Part shown: piece after piece, positions 62,535 through 64,000 of the stretch
Layout: the number at the start of each line of letters is the position of its first letter
Numbering within the stretch: position 1 is the first letter of the stretch
Assembly: GCF_963921235.1 (NCBI RefSeq)
Contig: NC_086097.1
Span: 59,398,001 to 59,462,000, forward strand
Direction: 5' to 3'
Length of the DNA: 64,000 bases
Source: Mobula hypostoma
Taxonomy: Eukaryota
Program-made: the position numbers and the translations under genes
The notes under the pieces: model-generated
Database searches by the model: none
What the model was told of the DNA's origin: nothing
What the model saw: only the letters and a program-made list of their open reading frames with translations

Positions 62535-63065
62535 CACTCAGTGACCACTTAATTAGTTTCAGGCGTGAAACCCATGTGGTCTTCAGCTGCTGTAACTCAT
62601 CTACTTCAAGGTTTGACGTATTGTGCATTCAGAGATGCTCTTCTGCACATCAACGCTGTAATACATCGTTATTTGAGTTACTGTTGCCTTCCTTTCAGCT
62701 TAAACCGGTCTGGCCATTCTCCTCTGATCTTTCTTATTAAAAAGGTGTTTTCACTGACAAAACTGTTGCTCACGGGATGTTTTACTTGTTCTTCACACCA
62801 TTTTCCATAAATTATAGAGTCCCAGGAGATCAGCAGATTCAGAGATATTCAATCCACTCTGTCTGGCATTAACGATCATTCCACAGTCAGAGTCACTTGG
62901 ATCGCATTTCTTCCCCATTCTGCTGTTTGATCTGAACAACAATTGAACTTATTGATCATGTCTGCATGCTTTTATGCATTGAGTTGCTACCACATGATTG
63001 GCTGATTAGAGATTTGCATTAATGAGCAGGTGTAAAGGTTTACCTAATAAATTGGCCACCAAATG
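62535..63065. mobile_element. Non-autonomous Tc1/mariner element
   Basis: TA-flanked imperfect TIRs cactcagtgaccacttaattag / ctaataaattggccaccaaatg. Confidence 0.78.
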
Positions 63066-63659
63066 TATATTTTATATTTTGAACAGAACAGTCTACTGAC
63101 TGTATCTATATTCCATTGAATTCAAATTATTCTGTGCCAAAAAAGCGCACTAAACTTGTACCCTGTGGTCAGCACATAGTTTAATGGCCAAGTGGTGACA
63201 GACAGCTGCAGAGGGTGTGGAGGACTCTGTATTATTGTTTGGAATTGGAAAGGAGACTGTGTCTTAGGTTTGTGGTTGGGCCAGGATATGTGGGAAACAT
63301 TGAGATCTGCAGAAAGGTGTAAATGTTTAACTTAAATGATTGTTGCCTGCCGATCCATTCAAATGCCAAATATCGCAGACTCAAACATAATTAGGCAAGT
63401 TCCTTGAAAGTCTCAATGAAACAGGTCTCATATTCATCGCAAAGGCCTGTTTCTGCATCCTGTATGTATAGAGAGACTTTTGGAATTGCTGCCAGACGAG
63501 TGTTGTTGCACAGTGTTAGATACCACTGCATGTTCCTGGGCTCCCTTGTGTACAATTCTTGTAAATGTATGCAGGATTGAGAAGCCATCTGGCAAGTTTC
63601 CTGAAACATGTGGTGAGTACCCAATACTTTGCAGTTTGTGGTTTCCTCATAAAATTCCA

Positions 63660-64000
63660 TGCAAAGTTCAAAAGATCAGAATTCAAAGTGCATTTATTAT
63701 CTAAGCATACATACCTTATACAACCTTGAGATTCATCTTCATACAGACAGCCACGTAACAAGAAACCCAAAAATAATATTAAAAATAAGACCAACAAACA
63801 GCCAATGTGCAGAGAGAAAAAAACAAATCAGGCAAGCAATGAAAATAAGCAAATAGCAATTAGAACAAAGATAAGCCCTCAGACATGAAGCCAGACAGCC
63901 TCAGTCTCAATGCAGTGAAGAGCAAAGCAGCGAGCAGAACTGGCCCGACCTTTGCCTTTGGTCCCAACACCCTGCCTTTTCAATCCATCTGGCTTGACAT
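63660..64000 (-). mobile_element. Non-autonomous LINE-tail element (runs off the window)
   Basis: Similar to 53820-54250. Confidence 0.6.

Overview
Vertebrate genomic DNA dominated by transposable elements. The repeat content (CR1 with an esterase ORF1, Rex1/Babar, V-SINE, DeuSINE, Penelope-like elements) suggests a cartilaginous fish, probably a ray; this is inference. I could not identify any host-gene exon, so the window looks intronic or intergenic. It is mostly decayed LINEs (CR1, Rex1/Babar, one 5'-truncated L1), two Ty3/Gypsy proviruses, two probable solo LTRs, several Penelope-like element (PLE) footprints with minimal hammerhead ribozymes, SINEs and small DNA-transposon MITEs. The main finding is a 4-kb minus-strand Gypsy element (26652-30641) with two LTRs, a tRNA-Pro PBS, a PPT, a PNMA-like gag and a protease. 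Its pol has lost RNase H and the integrase core. In their place, in frame with the RT remnant in one 383-codon ORF, are three non-contiguous intronless pieces of a sarcomeric myosin heavy-chain rod (MYH16-like), which points to host mRNA capture by an LTR retrotransposon. The second theme is fold-back PLE insertions that put hammerhead motifs on both strands, including a perfect 113-bp palindrome inserted with a 17-bp target-site duplication into the RT motif of another PLE. Boundaries of the decayed repeats are approximate, and family names come from motif recognition, not database searches.
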